64,000 nucleotides of DNA from Spirochaetaceae bacterium (GTDB taxonomy: Bacteria; Spirochaetota; Spirochaetia; DSM-2461). Position 1 is the stretch's first letter; the number at the start of each line of letters is the position of its first letter. Of this stretch, positions 58,835 through 64,000 are shown one piece after another. The notes beneath the pieces are model-generated. The model did no database searches. It worked only from the letters and a program-made list of their open reading frames with translations, and was not told where the DNA came from. The DNA lies in NCBI GenBank assembly GCA_965224705.1, contig OZ245056.1:2528001-2592000 (forward strand). Direction: 5' to 3'. Both the position numbers and the translations under genes were made by a program.

Positions 58835-59650
58835 TTACGGGTCCAGCAATATGGCTATACGCCCTTCCGCCAATGCCAGACGGCCGGACTCTGAAGCCAT
58901 AATTCGCAGTGTATCATCCTTGCTTAGAATAATATCGCAGGGGTACTCTCCATACAATGCCCTGGCAAGAATTCTGAGCGGACGGCGGCCGACCATGGTA
59001 TCAATTTCTTCTCTTCGCTCCATGGGTCTGTAGCTTAGTTTTTTGAAGGATTCAAAGTTGGAATCAAATACTACCCGTAGATCTGTATCCAGAATTCGTG
59101 CTTTGAGAGCCGGCTGTGGATTTCCTGTATTGCCCGTACCCACAATAGGGAGAGCGTTTGGGGCATAAATGACTATACCCGTCCATGGATCTTCGGGAAC
59201 TGGAATCCCGATAACCGGGTACCTCTCCTGGAAATCCACTTCTTTTGTGGGAAATAAATCATGCACAGCTTCCATTATATTGACCGAGTATTGTGCGATT
59301 ATGAATTTTCTATCAGTCGAAAGGTGACTCCATTCCTTTTTCAGGGTTGAGGAAAGTTGTTTGATCGTTGAGCGGATTTCAGGTAGTTTTAGCTCTGCCA
59401 GACTGCCCTCATTATTCCACGGCAGGAGTCCAAGTTGTCTTTCAATCAGCGGCCCCAGTTCACTTTCAAGGGAATTCAATGCCATGGGGTGATCCGCCGG
59501 TGTCATTCCGGGATTCAGAGGGTGGGTTGCCTTTATCTGGAATATTCCGCTGCTCCAGTCCATTGATGCTGTAATGGCAGTTTGAGCGAAACCTCTGTTC
59601 ACTCCGCCGAAAAGCAGTGCGAAAACAAGTATAAGGAAGCAGTTCTTCAC
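58835..59650 (-). CDS. Hypothetical exported protein
   Basis: GTG at 59650 overlaps the upstream stop, SD GGAGG; signal peptide. Confidence 0.78.
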   Translation of the reverse strand: MKNCFLILVFALLFGGVNRGFAQTAITASMDWSSGIFQIKATHPLNPGMTPADHPMALNSLESELGPLIERQLGLLPWNNEGSLAELKLPEIRSTIKQLSSTLKKEWSHLSTDRKFIIAQYSVNIMEAVHDLFPTKEVDFQERYPVIGIPVPEDPWTGIVIYAPNALPIVGTGNTGNPQPALKARILDTDLRVVFDSNFESFKKLSYRPMERREEIDTMVGRRPLRILARALYGEYPCDIILSKDDTLRIMASESGRLALAEGRIAILLDP

Positions 59651-60993
59651 TTGCCTTCCTCCTCTGTCGGCACCCACAGCAGACTTCCTGTGTGAAGAAT
59701 GCCATGCACAGGGCGATAATTCATTTCCGCAAGCAATTCCGGTGAGACACCGAACAGTCTGGAAATAGACCACAGCGAATCACCCGGTTTCACTCTGTAT
59801 TGACCTTCCCATCTGGGTATTTCATCGGCAGCAATTCCCGGCACAGGGGTATTGGTTCCAGGAACATAGACATGTCGGCCAATCCTGAGAGATTCCATCT
59901 CCAGGGAAGGATTGTACTTCATAATGTCATTGATGGGTATATTCAGACTTCTGGAGATGCTTGAAAGGGAATCTTCAGGCTGAACGACATATCGCCAGAA
60001 TCGTTCAGGAGCATCTTCTATATTATCGATGAAGGATCTGATCTCAGTTTCATCTAAATCACCGGCTGGTATTTTGACTATGTAATCCTGAATCGACGGC
60101 GGAGTGACTGACTGATGCAATTCCTGATTGCCCTCATGGAGCAGTTTATTGTCTACACCGGGGATAGCGGTTAGTTGATTGAAGTGTAAGGAGCGGTTTA
60201 ATTGTATTTTGAACCATCGCTCTGGTTTTTTCCATTTCAAAGGCAGTCCCATGCGGCCCGCATGGGCTTGAATATAGGCAACTGCTATAACTTGAGGAAC
60301 ATAGTTCTGTGTTTCGGGAGGGATGATACCTTCATCCAGCATCGTCCAGAAATTCGTATAGTTACCTGTATTTTTAAGTTTTCTCAATCTTGTTGGTCCG
60401 GCATTATATGCTGCAATTGTCAGAGGCCAATCCCCAAAGATCCTGTAGGAAAAAAGAAGTTCTTCTGATGCGGCTTCCGTAGAACGCCAGATATCTCTTC
60501 TTTCATCCCGCCATGTATCGATTATTAATCCACGTCCACGGCCAGTCGATTCAAGGAACTGCCAGGGGCCCATGGCCCCGGAAGGGGATACTATGTTTAT
60601 CTGCCAGTTTGATTCTACTATTGGTATGGATAATAGTTCCCAGGGAATACCCGCATTCCTTAAAATGGTACCTACTTCGGTACGGAATTCAAATGCCCTT
60701 TCCATTGCAGATTGCAGTTTACGCAATCCGGCATCATCCGACCATCGATCAATCCAGTATTCAACATCGCTCCGTACGAACAGGTCTGTCTCAAATCCTG
60801 GAGACCATGCCTTTGGACCTGTATGACCCCGTCTGGATTTTTTATATGCTTCCTTCCCGTTTGTCAGCTTCGGCTGTATGGACATCAAAGGCTCAAGTGG
60901 ACCAACATGGTTACCCGCAGCCATTGTGACAATACCGACAAGAAGAATAAGGATTATATTCGTTCGCCGAAATATATACCGCCCCATTCCCAT
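59647..60993 (-). CDS. LysM lytic transglycosylase (MltD-like)
   Basis: IVES, GAMGPWQF, AAYNAG, ETQNYV; two LysM repeats. Confidence 0.93.
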   Translation of the reverse strand: MGMGRYIFRRTNIILILLVGIVTMAAGNHVGPLEPLMSIQPKLTNGKEAYKKSRRGHTGPKAWSPGFETDLFVRSDVEYWIDRWSDDAGLRKLQSAMERAFEFRTEVGTILRNAGIPWELLSIPIVESNWQINIVSPSGAMGPWQFLESTGRGRGLIIDTWRDERRDIWRSTEAASEELLFSYRIFGDWPLTIAAYNAGPTRLRKLKNTGNYTNFWTMLDEGIIPPETQNYVPQVIAVAYIQAHAGRMGLPLKWKKPERWFKIQLNRSLHFNQLTAIPGVDNKLLHEGNQELHQSVTPPSIQDYIVKIPAGDLDETEIRSFIDNIEDAPERFWRYVVQPEDSLSSISRSLNIPINDIMKYNPSLEMESLRIGRHVYVPGTNTPVPGIAADEIPRWEGQYRVKPGDSLWSISRLFGVSPELLAEMNYRPVHGILHTGSLLWVPTEEEGK

Positions 60994-61991
60994 CGTCCAT
61001 TTATTTCCGGATCAACCGGATAGTCAATTTTGCGAAAATAGAGATACCATGTTGGTATCTTCCATGTCCATCCAGCAGTCCATAGAAAGGCTTCTCTATC
61101 ATTTGAATACTCATCCAGTTCCTTCTTGAAACGAACCCTGTTTGTCAGGAAGGACCCCAGTGTCATGGGGATGTGGGTGAAGGAGTCGGAGGTTTCCTGA
61201 CTCCAGTTCATGAAGAAGAAATTCTCCGATTGATAACGATGAAGAAGCTGGATATTTTGAGATTGGATGGCGTATTTAATCGTCTGAACAAGACTATCCA
61301 GGCTGACCATTGTCCATGATTTGTTTCCAGCATGAAATCTCAATGCATCACCTGCGATTGAGCGTGCATCTGGAATACCGGGGATGACGGCATCAGAATC
61401 AGCAAGAAATGCTCTGTAATGTTCATACATACTATCCCACTCACCAATCTTCTTATACTCATTGGCTAAGTAGAAATGATTCGTGCTGACATTGATACGG
61501 TCAGAAAATCGAGTTTGAATCTCTTCTCTGGCCGCAATGGCTTCACGCGGGGAATGAGTATTCAAGGCAATTTCTCCCAGAGCCAGATGATGTATGGAAC
61601 GGTTATTGACGATGAGGTCCGGATAATTATTAAGCAGTCTTCGCAAATAATCCAGAGCTAATTCATCAGAATCAGTGCCTCCCGCCCCTTCGGCCATGGA
61701 CATCAGGTAATAGGCCCCATAAGGATCATCTGGGTTTTTTTCCAGCACAGTACCCAGAATAGATATAAGCCAGTCAAATTCACCAAGTGCTCTTGCCTTT
61801 GATATGATGGGTTCCAATGCTGTATACCGCAATGCAGGATCCGCATCCTCCTTTGATGCTATTTCCAGGTAATCTATTATATCTTCATGATTGGATAAAC
61901 TTTCTGGAAGTGCTGACCTGTCACAGGAGATTACCAGGGATGAGTATCCTGACAAAAAACAAAATAAAAGAATGAATCTTGTGGGAATCAT
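60954..61991 (-). CDS. TPR-containing lipoprotein
   Basis: VIS-C lipobox; TPR-like helices; Trp-rich C-terminus WEWGGIYFGE. Confidence 0.8.
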   Translation of the reverse strand: MIPTRFILLFCFLSGYSSLVISCDRSALPESLSNHEDIIDYLEIASKEDADPALRYTALEPIISKARALGEFDWLISILGTVLEKNPDDPYGAYYLMSMAEGAGGTDSDELALDYLRRLLNNYPDLIVNNRSIHHLALGEIALNTHSPREAIAAREEIQTRFSDRINVSTNHFYLANEYKKIGEWDSMYEHYRAFLADSDAVIPGIPDARSIAGDALRFHAGNKSWTMVSLDSLVQTIKYAIQSQNIQLLHRYQSENFFFMNWSQETSDSFTHIPMTLGSFLTNRVRFKKELDEYSNDREAFLWTAGWTWKIPTWYLYFRKIDYPVDPEINGRWEWGGIYFGERI

Positions 61992-62009
61992 TGTGAGTAT
62001 GCTTCTATC

Positions 62010-63704
62010 CTAATCCTTCGAGTATTCCAGATATTTCATTGGGTCAGACTGGAAAGCTACAATTACCGCATTTTCATTTGTTTTGTTTGAAGCATGTTTT
62101 ACTTCAACCAATAATTCAGCAGCCTTGATATTGCGGTTGTTTTTCGAAGTAATGCCTATGCGGAAATTCCTCTCTCCAACGTTTCTTTCGAGAGAACTGA
62201 GTATTGATTTTGATGTCAGTAATGCTGAATCAAGATTTTTATTGCTTTCAATAACGACGACCTGATTATCATCCAATTGGAATGTCTTCTGATTCGGAAG
62301 AAAAGCTTCCTTTATTGAATCAAAGCTGTCATCGCTGGATCGTATGAGGAACAGGGCAAGATCTTCCCCCCTGGATTCAGCTTCGGACAGTTCTGTTTCT
62401 AATTGTTCCAGTACATCTCGTTCCTCATTTGAAATGCTGTTATCTTCAGGATGAATTTCCACCGGCTCATCAAAGCTCACCGGCTCATCAAAGCTCATCG
62501 GATCATCAAGGCCTGTCGGCTCATCAAAACTCACCGGATCATCAAGGCCTGCGGGCTCATCAAAACTTACCGGGTCATCAAGGCCTGTCGGCTCATCAAA
62601 ACTCACCGGATCATCAAGGCCTGTCGGCTCATCAAAACTCACCGGATTATCAAGGCCGACCGGCTCATCAAAGCTCACCGGCTCATCAAAACTCACCGGA
62701 TCATCAAGGCCTGTCGGCTCATCAAAGCTCACCGGATCATCAAGGCCTGCAGGATCGTCAAAGCTCACCGGATCATCAAGGCCTGTCGGCTCATCAAAGC
62801 CTGCGGGATCATCAAAGCTCACCGGCTCATTAAAGCTCACCGGGTCATCAAGGTTTGCAGGATCATCAAAGCTCATCGGGTCATCAAGGTTTGCAGGATC
62901 ATCAAAACTCACCGGATCATCAAGGTTTGCAGGCTCATCAAAGCTCATCGGATCATCAAGGTTTGTGGGCTCATCAAAGCTCACCGGATCATCAAGGCCG
63001 AGCGGCGCATCAAAGCTTACCGGATCATCGAGGTCTGCAGAATCATTAAAGCTCACCGGATCATCAAAGCTTACCGGATCATCAAGATCTGCAGGATCAT
63101 CAATGCTTACAGGATCGTCAAAGTCGTCGTTCATTGAAATACTGCTGTCATCAATTGTGTCATTGACTCTCCTCTGCTTCGGACGAAGAAGGAGCAGTGC
63201 GAGTGTTATAATGAAAATCACCCCGGCCGGTATGATTATGTACAATAGAAATTTTCGTATGTCTTCATAGGTCAGGCTGACAGAAACATAGTAAGCACGC
63301 AGGCCAACCATCTCTTTAATATTCATTGGATGATGAACAACATGGTAATGCCATCTTGAAAAACCATCAAACTTGTTGGAATCGGCAATGGCACTGGATT
63401 TAAATTCATCCATAACTGGTTGAATAACACTGAACCGCAGTCCATCATCCAGGGAGTATACTTGAACTGCTACAAGCAATGGGTTATTTTTTATGAGATT
63501 TCTTGCGTATTCAACTTCCGCCTCAATATCCCGTCGTTCGATGAGTAATTCTGACAGGTATTGGGTATACCGGGTTGAATCCTCAGTCATTTTCATCATT
63601 CTTGTATTTCTTAAGTTGTAGACTTCCCGGGAAATGTAAGCGATGATGCAAAAAAGTAAAATCAGAGCCAGTATGGTGTATACTGTTGAGAATGATTTCT
63701 TCAT
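62010..63704 (-). CDS. Two-TM membrane protein with acidic hexapeptide repeats and a degenerate GGDEF-like C-terminus
   Basis: ATG 63704 (MKKSF); two hydrophobic helices; LETELSEAESRGEDLALFLI...IGIT..N.R...AELL with no GGDEF motif. Confidence 0.82.
   Translation of the reverse strand: MKKSFSTVYTILALILLFCIIAYISREVYNLRNTRMMKMTEDSTRYTQYLSELLIERRDIEAEVEYARNLIKNNPLLVAVQVYSLDDGLRFSVIQPVMDEFKSSAIADSNKFDGFSRWHYHVVHHPMNIKEMVGLRAYYVSVSLTYEDIRKFLLYIIIPAGVIFIITLALLLLRPKQRRVNDTIDDSSISMNDDFDDPVSIDDPADLDDPVSFDDPVSFNDSADLDDPVSFDAPLGLDDPVSFDEPTNLDDPMSFDEPANLDDPVSFDDPANLDDPMSFDDPANLDDPVSFNEPVSFDDPAGFDEPTGLDDPVSFDDPAGLDDPVSFDEPTGLDDPVSFDEPVSFDEPVGLDNPVSFDEPTGLDDPVSFDEPTGLDDPVSFDEPAGLDDPVSFDEPTGLDDPMSFDEPVSFDEPVEIHPEDNSISNEERDVLEQLETELSEAESRGEDLALFLIRSSDDSFDSIKEAFLPNQKTFQLDDNQVVVIESNKNLDSALLTSKSILSSLERNVGERNFRIGITSKNNRNIKAAELLVEVKHASNKTNENAVIVAFQSDPMKYLEYSKD
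62454..63119 (-). repeat. 37 x 18-bp coding tandem repeat, D[DE]Pxx[FL]
   Basis: DDPVSF units mostly alternating with DEPTGL/DDPANL/DDPAGL. Confidence 0.95.
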
Positions 63705-63736
63705 GATATCTATTGTATAATGAATGGGGTGTATTG

Positions 63737-64000
63737 TTGAAGATCCGAAATCGAAAATTATCAAAAGGATGGTATCCTGATTCAAAAAATGATATAGAGG
63801 ACTTACTTGCTGGTATGAGATCCTCCCGGGGAAATGAAGATGTACTTGCCGGCGTTGTACCGCATGCCGGCTGGATTTACTGTGGTTCAATAATGGCAGA
63901 TGTTCTTCTCAGGCTGCCGGATGATGTTGAAACGGTGATTGTGCTGGGCGGGCACAATCCTCCTGGAGGAGCATTTATTTCCTATCACTACGATCAATGG
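63737..64000 (+). CDS. amrB: Memo-family protein (AmmeMemoRadiSam protein B), partial; runs off the window
   Basis: Own translation: KIRNRKLSKGWYP...VVPHAGWIYCG...VIVLGGH; probable TTG start. Confidence 0.85.
   Translation, partial: MKIRNRKLSKGWYPDSKNDIEDLLAGMRSSRGNEDVLAGVVPHAGWIYCGSIMADVLLRLPDDVETVIVLGGHNPPGGAFISYHYDQW

Noticed and set aside
62429..63270. Plus-strand repetitive ORFs (IKAHR, HQS, SSKLTG repeats)
   Set aside because: Antisense frames of the 18-bp repeat
63705..63890. 62-aa N-terminal extension of the repeat protein in the ORF track
   Set aside because: Overlaps the divergent Memo-family gene; ATG 63704 gives a normal membrane-anchored N-terminus

Overview
A stretch of bacterial chromosome, most likely from a spirochaete (inferred from gene content and spirochaete-type lipoproteins). 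It is mostly housekeeping: ffh-rpsP-khpA-rimM-trmD-rplS, coaD, hisZGB, gltX, glyQS, tyrS, rbgA, uvrB, hrpA, dinB, an ABC-F ATPase and an alpha-2-macroglobulin/PBP1C pair. Four things stand out. (1) A 1574-aa NLR-like protein (TIR - NACHT - pentapeptide-like - 14 WD40 repeats) whose 123-bp repeat units are almost identical in DNA except at a few hypervariable codons that reassort between units, as in fungal HET-type allorecognition receptors. (2) Eight copies of a ~161-bp palindromic MITE-like element with 4-bp target duplications, compensatory base changes between copies, open reading frames and a strong bias for sitting co-oriented just after stop codons; two copies of a short ~80-bp subtype bracket a small cassette with truncated genes. 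(3) A second element family with IS256-like ends and 9-bp target duplications. (4) A membrane protein with 37 acidic hexapeptide repeats. An unannotated 53-aa FlgM-like ORF and a Memo-family gene running off the right edge were also found. No rRNA, tRNA, CRISPR array, transposase or reverse transcriptase was recognised. All calls are by eye from motifs; no searches were run.
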